Source: Chrysomallon squamiferum
Lineage: Eukaryota > Animalia > Mollusca
Length of the DNA: 64,000 nucleotides
Reading direction: 5' to 3'
Assembly (NCBI GenBank): GCA_012295275.1
Contig: CM022674.1
Coordinates: 5,518,001-5,582,000, forward strand
Under the pieces are notes generated by a model that had not been told where the DNA came from, made no database searches, and saw only the letters and a list, made by a program, of their open reading frames with translations. Position 1 is the first letter of the stretch. Each line of letters opens with the position of its first letter. Positions 43,601 to 55,051 of this stretch are shown piece after piece. Position numbers and translations under genes: made by a program.

Positions 43601-46223
43601 TGTTTTTAATTTGTTTTTGGTGTTTTCTTGTTAAAATTTAATGCATATAAGCATCTAAACATTCACTGGACTTTATTTTGATATATATACCTATAATACT
43701 ATATCTAAATCAAAGCTTGAACTTACACAGTTTTTATTTCATTTATTTTTTTTTTCAGGGAATCCCTGTAACAGACATAATAACTTTAATGCAAAAAGCA
43801 GTTGAAGAGTGTGTGTGTTTGTGTGAACAGCTGAAAATATGTTTAGACTTCTCAGGAAACACATCCAGTGAACAAACACGTCATCCTACAGCAAAATGTG
43901 GCCCATTACAAATCTTACTGAATCAGAAACATGAATCTCAGACAAAAGATTCTGTGTTAGATTATGCTTCAGAAAGCAACAGTTCAGACTGTCATTTTGC
44001 AGAGGGTGTTTTAGACCTCAGCTTTAGATTTAGCAGAAGATTTACAGATGATGGAAAAAGGTTTCTTGACACAAAAAAAGTTGAAGCAGTCAGTAATGAG
44101 TGTGAAGATTCTGGGAGACAAATTTTTGATGATTTGATAGACAGTGAAGTTTGTTTGCCTGAGCAACTGCTTCATGAAGTTCATGACCAGTTAGATCATG
44201 TCCTCGATGACAGAGTTCATGAAAGCATATTTCATGACAGAAGTATTCATGATACTTTATTTCACAACAGTTCAGATCAGATGAGTTCAAAAAATAAATC
44301 TTCATTATTTCAAAACAATATGCTGACACAGAAAAGATCTCAAAAAGCATCAGACATTGATGATGATGATGATGATGATGATGATGTTTCCTGGTATTTT
44401 GAAGATATATCTGCAGCAGATTCTGACAGTGGACTTGGAAAAATCCAAGATTATCAAAAAATATCTAGCTCAAATAGCCCACAAGATTTGGATTTCGTAA
44501 TTCCAAGTTTGCATGATGCTAAACAGTATGATTCAGATTTTGAAGAATGTTTTGAAGATGTTGATTCAATATCTAAAGATACTTCTGAAAATGAAGAACT
44601 GAAAAATCTAGAACAAAAATATCACAACAGTAATTGGTTGGAATCTGAGCAACCAAAATATCAGTCAGAGAACTTACAGAAAGATGACTGGTTGAAATCT
44701 AATCAATCAAATGATGAGTTAAAAGGAATCAGCAGTGATTGGACAGAAACTAACCAATCAGAAGCTGACAGTAGTGATTGGTCAAACAGAAATCAGTCAC
44801 AGTCTGATCACAAAACTCAGTCTTCAGTAAATGATAATTGTAATTGTTTACAGAAGCTGAATAATATGTTGAATAATTTTAATTCCAAAGGTTTCTCTCA
44901 GGATTCCAAGAAAGTAAAAAACTGCAGCAGATATTTCAAGACAGTTGTCTCTTCAGTAGAATGCATGAACTTTGACAAGTCACTGAATACAAGTATCCAG
45001 AATAATGAGTCAAAAACAACAACATATAAAGATGAAAAAAGTCAAAGACTTTTGTTAATAGCTCAACAAGAAAAGAAGCACAAGAAATTTCAGACCCTGT
45101 TGCTGTTGAAGACCCATTCTATACCTCATCTGCTAATATAGTTTCTTCTGCTTCAGTCACAGAGCCATCACTGATACAGAATGAAACTCAATCCTTGAAT
45201 ACTTTTTTACAATCTCAGATAAATACACTACCAAATCCAAAAGTGTCAGAGAAAGACTTAAAATGTTTCTCAATTCCTGAAAAAATAAAACTTAGAGATG
45301 CAGCTGAAAGTTCTGACAAAAGAAAGACAGAAGATTCAGATTATGAAATGACAAAATTGAGAGAGATGATGAGTGACATCTTTAAAGAAACAAAATTTCG
45401 ATACTCAGACATTCAGGATTTTGGAGAAATCAAACTGACAGAGACAGACATTGAAAACTTTAAAGAAACAAAGTCGAGCACTACAGAAACTAAACTGATG
45501 TCAGTGCTGAATTCACTGCAATCTGGTACCAAACCAAAAAAATCTAGAATTTCGAACTGTTTATCTCAAAGTCGACATTTCAGAAATTTTGGTGACAGCA
45601 GATATTTTGGAAGTCAGGATGGTGACAGGATGCAGGGTGAGTGTTCTAATGTTTCTGGCTCAGATTTTCAGTCTCTATCATCAGTCTCCAGATCTCCAGA
45701 AGCTTTAAGAGTATCAGAAAAAATTACTGTTTGTAATAGTAATAATATTAAATCATTCAAGAACTTGACTGATTCAGAGAAAAATTGTAAACTTATTAGA
45801 GAAAATTTAAGAGATGATGACATGACAGCTGTTTGTGCTGGAACAGAAAGAGATAAAAAGAACATGCATTTTTTCTCAGATGTTTCTAGTAATGTACTGG
45901 AAAGCTGCAAAAGGGTTAACGTGACAGTGGACGAAGCAGCTGAAGGGTTAAGTCATGGTTTAAATGGAATGATGAAGTTTGTCTTGAATGCCTACAGAAA
46001 TCAGCAGAAAACAGGAAAAACTCAAAAGTAAGTAACTAGTGTACTCTAAAGAATTTCTTAGCAAAAATTAAAATGGTACTTTATTTCTTGTTATTTATTT
46101 AATATCAATTCTTTTTGTTATTATTCTCATCATTATTATCTCTTTCTCTCTCCTCTTCCTCCCTCGCTATCTCTCTCTCTTTTCATTCTAACCCTCCCTC
46201 CTTTTCCTCTTCTCTTCCACTAT

Positions 46224-46320
<97 letters not shown>

Positions 46321-47663
46321 TCAACTATCTATCTGGCTACCTATTATATATAACTTATGTAACAATATCACTGTTTTGAGCAAAGCTAAGAGAAAGTTTT
46401 AATATCATTACACATTTACATCATTCATTTTACAAACCACCGATTATAAATAATCTTTCTTTCCTCTCTGAAATATCAGAAATCGTCTAAATCTGAAGCT
46501 AGTTCACAGCTGTGTGGTTGAGGGCAGAAATTCTCAACATTCTCAGCTTGTTGATGGGTTGATTCTCAGTGTAGACTGGGATCAGTTTGACTGCATCAAG
46601 AGAAAATGTGAAACTGCTGTAAACATCCTTGTAAGTTTTATAACAGCCGCATGTGTGATTTTTTGTTGTTGTTGTTGTTTTGTTTATTTATTGTAGAAGT
46701 AGTCTGTAAGTCTGTGTGTGTGAGTTTGAATGTCTCTATTCATGCGTTTATGAGATGTCATGTGGGTGTTCACTATTTTAATTGTATTTTTGTTGTTTAA
46801 TTTATTTTCTTATTTTTTTAAGGCTTTCTAAATGTGTGATTGTTGAATGTCTGTGTGTTGCCTGTAGGATTTTTGGATGTTCATTTATTTTTGTTCATTT
46901 ATTTCTTGATTTGTTATTTTATTCTTATGGCTGACTATTAGTGCATATATGAGAATGTGCATGTGTATATGTTAATCACATGTGTATGCTTGTGTAACCA
47001 TGTGCATATGAAATATTTTTGTGTTTTTCATCACTGCATGATTGTGAGTATGTGTCTTGTGTTTTGTTTGTTATTTTAAATTAAGTAAATTGTATCCTTA
47101 TATTAAATTTATTAAATGTCACAGTAGATAAAAAATTAAATAAATGTTCTAGATTAAACATACTGAATTACAGTTGCCATTAGATTATTATCACCCTATT
47201 CATTTATACCAATTAAATGTATATAATATTTTCTAATGTACTGATTCAAATTTTGCAGTTGGTGAATGGAGATGTCAGTTTCACTTTTCGACACACTGGA
47301 TATAAAGCAGCAGCAAAGGTTTCCACTGTTCTGAATTCAGCGTCTTTATATCGAAACAGTCCTGAAGATGAATTTATCTCTGAATGTCTCTCAGTGCTCA
47401 AAAAGGTTGTTTGTGGATTATAAACTAAAACAAATCCTTACATGGCAAAAAATAAATAAATAAATAAATAAATAAATTTTTTTTTATTGTTTTCAGACAT
47501 CTTTGTGGACAGATTACAAACTTTCTAAACGGTTTAGTTGTGGGCAAAAAAACTTAAGTAAAACTTAAGTAACATATATATAACTATATATTCAATGATT
47601 TATAGAGCAACAAAAATTTGGTAAAACTTTTCATGTAATGATTTGTTTGTGTGAATGTTTGTC

Positions 47664-47702
<39 letters not shown>

Positions 47703-48195
47703 ATGTGTGTGTCTGTGGATATATAGATAGATAAATAGATAGCCAGACAGACAGACAGATACACACACAAACACACAAATATATATATATCCTGCAGTCT
47801 CTGTATGTAGTGGTATGATAGGATGTATTAGATAAATATTTTATATTTGAGAACACTGAGTAAAAATATAGTTTTTTAAGTTCATTAGCTACATATTTTA
47901 TATTTTTTAATTTTTCTTCATTTAGCTTGAACTTGATGTCATTCTGGTCCATGGCAGAGTGGACTCAAGTTAAACAAGCCATGTTGTCATGTGACGTGGT
48001 TGTCATGGAGACAGTGGATTATCGAGCTCTTGAGATTCTTCAGGTTTCTAATCATACAAACTGTGTCACCTACCTTAACGAAGCTACACAGGTAGATACA
48101 AACCTTGATAACAGCAGGATTTCATAGATGTGTAGATATATAGATTATAAAGATACCACCACCAACCGACCAACAAATATGTTCACATACATGTA

Positions 48196-48237
<42 letters not shown>

Positions 48238-49316
48238 GTGTCTGTGTGTACATTTTATATATATATGTACATCTACATCTATATATCTATAAAATCCTGC
48301 TGTTATTTATCTGTACAGATTGATAGATATACATCTGTAAATATATAAATATACATAGACCTGTATAAATTAGCTACAGTTTAGATTATAACAGTCTTTT
48401 TCTGTTCAAGAAGAATTTCCTAATAATGTCTGAGGTCATGTTCATCACAGAGTTAAAATTTAATAATAATGTTTTTTCTAATGTTGTGACATATCTTGAA
48501 TATCATTTCGGTTGTTCAAGGTACAAATAAAGTGAGAACATAAATCATAAAAGTGTAATCACTAAATTAAAATTTAAATATTATTTCAGACACACATATG
48601 TACAGACATGTTTATTGATATTTTCAAAATGGACTGGATGGACACAGTTTACACTCAGAATCAGCCATGTTTAGTTTCTGTCAAAGATTCACAACAAATG
48701 GTTCAGGTATTTTCTGTGATTTTTTTCTTCTTTTTTTTCTGATATTTTTTTTTTTTTTATTTTTTTTGTTTTTTGGTTTGTTTATTTATTATTATTGGGT
48801 TTTTTTTACTTATTTTTATGTATTTATTAATTTTTTTATATTTAGTATTATTATTTTTACTATTTGTTTTTTTAGCCTTTAAAAGATTATCAAAATTGTT
48901 ACGCTAACAGGTCTTTTTATATTTCTACTTAGGAAATAAAATTTCATTAAAATTTTGTATCATTATTGCTACTGTTCTTATATTTTTTAATGTTATATTA
49001 TTATTTTTTATTTTTATTTTTATTTTTATTTTTATTTTCATCTGTTCAGACATTTGTATCTTGTCACCCAAGTAAACAGGCTGCAGAAATTCATGAACAG
49101 GAATTCTGGCAATGTGCCAACAGACTTTCTAATGCATTACAAGACAAGAGAGTTCTTCCTGGAGGGGGGACAACTGAACACTCCTGTTCACTTCATCTCT
49201 TTAGACTAAGTATGTCAGTGTATTTGATGCAGTCTTGTTATTGTAATATGCTTCTTTTTTCTAGTGTGATTATTATTTTGTTTTTTCACTTCTTTTTCTT
49301 ATTTTTCAGACCGTTT

Positions 49317-49377
<61 letters not shown>

Positions 49378-50045
49378 GATTATTATTATTATTGTCATCA
49401 TAATTGTTATTTTAGACAGCATTAGAAATTAGTAAATAGTATTGTTAACTGTATACAAATGCATATATATTCAAATAATAATAAATAATAAATACATACT
49501 ATCATAGAGAATTCTATAAAAATGCATTTAGATACCTCATTATAGCAAACACATATACACACACAGGCACCAAAACACACCAACAACACACAAAAAAATA
49601 AAAACTTAGAAAAAAAAGACACCAAAAAGTAAAAACAAGAAAAAAGACACACATGCACACAATAACACACACACAGTAAACTTGTATTTTTCTAATATTA
49701 TTTTTTTTTCCAGATGAAACCCCTTCTACATCCAGACAAGAAAATATTTTCTACAAAACGGTGTGCGAGACATTATCAGAATCCTTCTTGAAATTTTATC
49801 AAACTGTACAGCAGAATTGTGGAGCCGATCAGAACAAACCTAAATCCACAGAAACAGGTCCTGAAAATCCTCACGTTTCTTGTACAAACTCTTTAAGTCC
49901 AGAGATTTTTGACAACTGTAAATCAAAAATGGCCGCCTGGCAAACAGCTCTGGATGTGGTTTCTGTGATAATGAGAACTGATTCGTTTGTTGTTACCGGA
50001 TTTGCACAGTCTGATGTAGTTTATACAGATACTCTCTTATTTTAA
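39213..50045 (+). CDS. BBS12: Bardet-Biedl syndrome 12 chaperonin-like protein; 11 coding exons, about 1213 aa after correcting two frameshifts (possible pseudogene or assembly indels)
   Basis: GT-AG exons at 39213-39264, 39977-40013, 40840-40921, 43057-43182, 43759-46027, 46480-46630, 47259-47405, 47926-48091, 48590-48706, 49050-49209 and 49714-50045, with compatible phases. Motifs matching BBS12 as I recall it: GIPVTDIITLMQKAVEEC, SRHF, GLSHG, LVNGDVSFTFRHTGY, EQEFWQCANRLSNALQDKRVLPGGG and KMAAWQTALDVVSVIMRTDSFVVTG. An in-frame TAA at 39165 lies upstream of the ATG. Confidence 0.88.
39977..40013 (+). CDS. BBS12: BBS12 coding exon 2 (ASLVKPMIANND)
   Basis: Acceptor tttcag and donor TG|GTAAGT; 37 nt, phases 1 and 2 fit its neighbours. 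Confidence 0.65.
40840..40921 (+). CDS. BBS12: BBS12 coding exon 3 (CIKCVIDSSGDSVFAKDITLLLKLLDIE)
   Basis: Acceptor ctttcatag and donor GAG|GTATAT. Encodes a chaperonin-like 'LL..LDI' segment. Confidence 0.8.
43057..43182 (+). CDS. BBS12: BBS12 coding exon 4 (HPVGHFLVSMCLSHHKQFGSGVKTLITMTGLFISAAVSLKEQ)
   Basis: Long polypyrimidine tract with acag acceptor and donor CAG|GTAAGA. GSGVKT occupies the position of the chaperonin GDGTTT motif. Confidence 0.88.
43759..46027 (+). CDS. BBS12: BBS12 coding exon 5, 2269 nt, acidic/Ser-rich insertion with an internal frameshift near 45035-45040
   Basis: Acceptor tttttcag|GGA and donor AA|GTAAGT. Frame 1 is open to 45141 and frame 3 is open from 45036 to the donor. 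SRHF and GLSHG are in frame 3. Confidence 0.82.
46480..46630 (+). CDS. BBS12: BBS12 coding exon 6 (NRLNLKLVHSCVVEG...TAVNIL)
   Basis: Acceptor tatcag and donor CTT|GTAAGT, phase 2 to 0. Confidence 0.82.
47259..47405 (+). CDS. BBS12: BBS12 coding exon 7 (LVNGDVSFTFRHTGYK...LSVLKK)
   Basis: Acceptor ttttgcag and donor AAG|GTTGTT; 49 codons. Confidence 0.85.
47926..48091 (+). CDS. BBS12: BBS12 coding exon 8 (LELDVILVHGRVD / QVKQAMLSCD...LNEATQ) with a frameshift near 47962-47973
   Basis: Acceptor catttag and donor CAG|GTAGAT. The entry frame stops at TAA 47971-47973 and homology continues in the +1 frame. Confidence 0.75.
48108..48306. repeat. Inverted repeat with arms of about 30-35 bp around a (GT)n tract in BBS12 intron 8
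   Basis: Left arm ataacagcaggatttcatagatgtgtagat pairs with right arm atctatatatctataaaatcctgctgttat. Confidence 0.75.
48590..48706 (+). CDS. BBS12: BBS12 coding exon 9 (THICTDMFID...QQMVQ)
   Basis: Acceptor tatttcag and donor CAG|GTATTT; 39 codons, open frame. Confidence 0.75.
49050..49209 (+). CDS. BBS12: BBS12 coding exon 10 (TFVSCHPSKQAAEIHEQEFWQCANRLSNALQDKRVLPGGG...)
   Basis: Acceptor gttcag and donor A|GTATGT. Contains the chaperonin PGGG motif. Confidence 0.9.
49714..50045 (+). CDS. BBS12: BBS12 last coding exon (...IFDNCKSKMAAWQTALDVVSVIMRTDSFVVTG...LLF*)
   Basis: Acceptor tttttccag, phase 1, and stop TAA at 50043-50045. Encodes the C-terminal equatorial-domain motif. Confidence 0.9.
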
Positions 50046-50967
50046 ATTAACTGTTAAATTTTAAATTAAATATTTCTGAGTTCTTATTATGTGCTTATTC
50101 CATTTTTGATTGACACAGATATTTTTTTTTATTGTTTTTTCCATTGAGTCCATATCTTTTTCTGTCATTCTCTCTGTTTCTTTCACTTTTTCCTTGTCTC
50201 TCTATCTCTATATATCCCTCTCTTTTTCCATTTCTCATAAGAAAAGCATACTCACACACACAACAGACAAAACTAAACAAAAGGATTATTTAAATATACT
50301 CCCATTATATTTTCAACAAATTGTTCATTTCTTAAATACATTATGTGGATATAAAAATCTATGAAGTCCTTCTATTGATCTTCTTGTTGACAAAACAATA
50401 TGAAATTGTTCCATTGTTTGGAAGACATTTGTCATTCATTAAAATGTGCAAATTTAACCAGTGCTGCCACTGTGGGGATATCAAATACTTGGATATGTTT
50501 TCCTTTTCACAGGAAGATATCCCTAAAAGACTCCTTGCTGCTAATAGGTATGAAAAGCAAACAATATGGCAGAACTGTTTTATTCTAACAGTTTTCTCCA
50601 AATATTTACCTGTTGTTCAATTTTTAACATATCAAAAACAACCAAATATGTAAAGATGCCCTCAATCCAACATTCATTTGTTTTTTTTTCTTTTTTTCCC
50701 TCATATTTATAATTTCCTATTCTTTGCACATACATGAACATAACTAAGAATTTTTGAAAGCAGATTTTGAAAACAGTTGATCTTCTACAACTTACATTTT
50801 TCATTTGTAATTTATTTAATATTTCCATAAATGCCAGATTATTTTTCTTTTCCTTTTTAAATTGTTGTGTGTGTGTTATTGTCTGAGGAGTTGCATGATG
50901 TAGCCGATAATATTGCAGCATTAGACTTCCTTTCCCTCTCCCTCTTTCTCTACCTCCCTTTTTCATT

Positions 50968-51041
<74 letters not shown>

Positions 51042-51264
51042 CAAAATCATATGAATAAAGGTTTGTATCCACAAATCAGTACTAAATGTTTCTTCCTATT
51101 TGTTAATTTCATAATGCAGGCACAGATCAAACATTTTTTTAAATTATTATTATTTAGGCTTCACATGAGAGTTCAAGACTGAATTTAGCTATGCATCATA
51201 GCATTTTTCTCATCTTTTTTTTTACCCATAATGAAATAATCTTTTTCAGAATTAATTTCATATG

Positions 51265-51300
<36 letters not shown>

Positions 51301-53558
51301 ATGAAAAATAAATCAAACCAAGCATTAAAAAGAAACTGCACACTTTATTGAAGTTAAATTAAATAACAAATCTCAGAAAATTGAATACAATAATAATCCA
51401 GTTTAGTTATAAATAATCCTAGTTATATCAAATGTTTTATTTCATACATAATCTTTTTTTTTTTTTTTTTAAATACAAAAACATCTATAAAAACCCACAT
51501 ATATCTCTCTCTCAATAAGGCATTCATTAAAAATGAATATAATGCATCAAAGAAAACAAATTCTAAAATTTTCCAAAACTTTTTCTCTTCATACTTGAAA
51601 AAAGGGATAGTTCACAATGGAAATGGGGTGGTCATCAAAATGTCTTTTTATCAAATTTTCTTTGATTTAATTCCTTTTTATTATTTATTACTAATGATGT
51701 ATAAGTGATAAAAAAAAAAAAAAGTAAAAGTCACCTGCTCAACTTATGTCCCCTTTATTTAATTTATGAATATTTGTTATTCATTTTTATCTCAAAACCC
51801 TTCTCATAACTGGTCCCAAGTCAATCCCCAATTAACCCCTTTTTTCAAAAACTGTCTGAAATACACCAATAATTTATAGTTTAATCACTTATTTATTGTA
51901 TACCTCAGAACAAAGACTAACTAGTATCTTATGTCACCACACTACAAATCTGAACAAACAAAAACTAATATTATTTTTAGTTTTTATTATTCTTCCAAAA
52001 CAGTAATATATTAAATTATATGTATATCTATATATATCTAAGATAGATCTTAAAAATGTTAAAAAGTAGAATTAATTAATAAATATCACAGTCACACCAA
52101 ACATAACAAATTAGAATTTGTTTAGGAAAAAAATACCTCAGTAAAATGAATTAAAATTAAATGATTTGAAACAAGGCAATATTGCTACAAAACAATATTA
52201 ATATACAGACAATGCTGGCTGGTAAGAGTTACCTCCCTTGGAGACAAGGGCATGGCAAAGTTTTTTTTTTTTAAATAAATGAAAACTTAATAAAAAATAA
52301 ATACTAACAAAGGTTAGAATCAAGTACAACAAAAAAAAAACAGAACAAAAGGGAAATCCAATAAATATACAGACAAAAGATGAAAGAGATAAATAAATAT
52401 ACAAACAATTAACATGATCCCTTTGCAGTTTTATGTATTTTGATATCCATTATCATTGTAATTGTTGCTGCTATTATTTTTTACTGCTGTTGTGTTGTTA
52501 CTGCTCTTGTTTTTATTATGTTGTTAATTTATTTAACATTTATTGAGACCACTTATAAATAAATTTAATTTTGAGTTCGCATGTTAAAGAGAAAATTACC
52601 TTTTAATTCAAAATTGTATTACTGCTGACGAAACAGTTATAAAGGAATTGTTGTTTAATGAGTAAGTTTTTAACATTGGTAACTTTCACTGAGATCTTAA
52701 ACCACAGCTTCTTGCTTTTATTCTCTGTCTCAGTTTCTCTTTGCCTCTTGAGATTTAGACGTTGGGATAATTAAACTCCCAGAAACGAAAGAATGTTTTA
52801 AATTCACCTAACATCTAAATCATTTATTAAGTAGTCTCTTTCTTTTAAGTGAACTTTTCACTTATCATGCTGTTTTCATTTCCATTTCAACACTGATGTA
52901 ATTGCAGATGAAAAATTATCTGAGCACTTTCAATCTTTAATTTTCTTAATTCTTGCTATTCTTTTGATAAAATGTTTTTAAAGTCTTTTTACAACAGTAT
53001 TGTAAAAAGCCTAATGTGAACTTTACAGTCTTCACATGATTTTTATTTTTATTTTTTTTTCTTCATCTTCTTCTTATTATTATTATTTTAATTAAGTCTT
53101 TTTGAAATAATATCATAAACAGCCTAATTTTATCTTTACAACTTTCACGCCATTTTGATTTTTATAATAACTGTACAAAACAGAATTTTCTATTGCGGAG
53201 TTTACTAACAACAGCTTCTAGAAGATGAAAAAAAATAAAAATTAAACTAAAATGAGCAAAGGGACATGAAAGTGAAGCAATCTTACAAACAACAAATAAA
53301 TTTTTAAATAAAAGACAATTATAAACATTATAATGGACGGATTATGATAAATCTCATACATCATGGATTGTAATGCTGGACATTTCTTTAAAACTAGACT
53401 GTATTCAAGTGATGACTGTTTGATTTGAAGACTTTTAAATATTCACTTCATTATTTAGTTACTAGATTTCTTATTTAATGTTTATTTATTTATTAAATGA
53501 TTGTGAATTAATTATTTATTAAATTTATTTATTTATTAAATTTATTTATTTATTAAAT

Positions 53559-53595
<37 letters not shown>

Positions 53596-54226
53596 TTTTA
53601 TACTTAAGCATTTATATTTAAAATAAATCAATCAATATGAACCAGAAATGAAACCTGTATTTCACAATACTTTTTTATTATGAAATATACAAAATCAAAC
53701 TTTTAACAATTCTGTAATTTATATCTCTCACATTAAAGCAAAATTTATTTATTTATTTTTAATTAACATCAAGATTACACTTTATTTTTAAAAGGTGAAT
53801 TGGAATTAATTACTGTTTATTTATTTATTCTAACTTTTTTTTTTTTTCCTATATCATATATAATCAATAATTTTAACATAAATATCACTCTGTTTCATGA
53901 TAAGTCTCATTTAAAATTGTTTTCCCATTTATCAATAAGCAACAAATGAAGCAAACAAACACCAAATCAAAACAGTCCACATCACAAATACAGTCTAAAT
54001 AATAAACTTATTATGTTCGATGTTTACATTTATGAATCATTCATTCAGCAAATATGTCATATATTTTAATTTTTTAATTTTTTTTTAACTAAGTGCTGTT
54101 TGAAATATGCTCCTTAATTATTCTTTTTTTTTTATCACAGCCTTTGATAGCGTTGGACAAATAATAATACAGTCCATGGAAATTTTCAAAATATCCTATA
54201 CATTATACAAATCATGATTGTATTTT

Positions 54227-54239
54227 GTTACTAGGCAAC
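54227..54239. promoter_or_regulatory. RFX X-box-like motif GTTACTAGGCAAC
   Basis: Close match to the X-box consensus, lying between the stop codons of two ciliary genes. This is a motif match only. Confidence 0.25.
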
Positions 54240-54718
54240 AAAACAAGTAATACTATTTCATATATAAATATATATATATAAATATTAAACATTTTTTCAA
54301 TGACTGATAATAAAACAGTTTATCACAAGTATCAGCTATTTTTCTCTCTATATTTCTTTCTCTTTTTTTTTCTGAATGAAAAATTAGTCTGTTTGTTAAA
54401 TATTTCAAAATAAATACATTTCTAAAGCTAAGATCAAATTATTAATATTGGTCCAATCAGTTTAAAACCGTTATTAGTGGTGTTAAAAATAAAAATAACG
54501 CTCAGGTAGGAACAAAATACTTAAAAATTAAGCTATTCCCTATAAAATAAATTAAAATGTTTCCAAAAAAATTTCATCAAATTATATAAATATATTCTTT
54601 CAGTAAATGGGATCTAAAAAAAAAAAAAAAAAATTATCTAAAGTTCTCTAATTACTAAAAAAAAAAACAGTTTATCATGCTAGTCCCCCTTGAACTATGG
54701 AACGGTCCAGTTTTGTTT

Positions 54719-55051
54719 CTACTGTGGAAGTTTGCGACGATGGTTAATTGGGCTGCGCCCACTTCTCCTGAAGGGTGAGGTCAGTCTGACGGGGGAAAGT
54801 CCCCGGTTGGGGGAGCGCTGTCTGGGAATCCTGGTTGGCAGACTGCTGTGGATTTCCAGCGAGTCATCCAGCTTCCTCTTCTCCAGATCCAGGAGGATTG
54901 GATCCAGGGATCCATCGTGGGTCACGTTTGCAAGGGACTTGTCGAGGATGCTGCGGATGTCGTGAATCTCGTCGCCGGTGCGTGTACTGCGGGAGATGAA
55001 CTGTTGACGTTTTCTTAGTTCCTGGCTCAGTTGGTCTTTCAGTGTTGCAAT
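54719..55051 (-). CDS. CROCC: Rootletin last coding exon (IATLKDQLSQELRKRQQFISRS...RRKLPQ*)
   Basis: Acceptor aatcag; 111 codons ending at TAG 54721-54719, with a basic Ser/Pro-rich tail. Confidence 0.88.
   Translation of the reverse strand: MATLKDQLSQELRKRQQFISRSTRTGDEIHDIRSILDKSLANVTHDGSLDPILLDLEKRKLDDSLEIHSSLPTRIPRQRSPNRGLSPVRLTSPFRRSGRSPINHRRKLPQ

Noticed and set aside
45035-47973. Idea that the two BBS12 frameshifts (-1 and +1) compensate each other
   Set aside because: The uncorrected frame hits TAG at 45139-45141 long before the second shift, and conserved motifs between them lie in the shifted frame.
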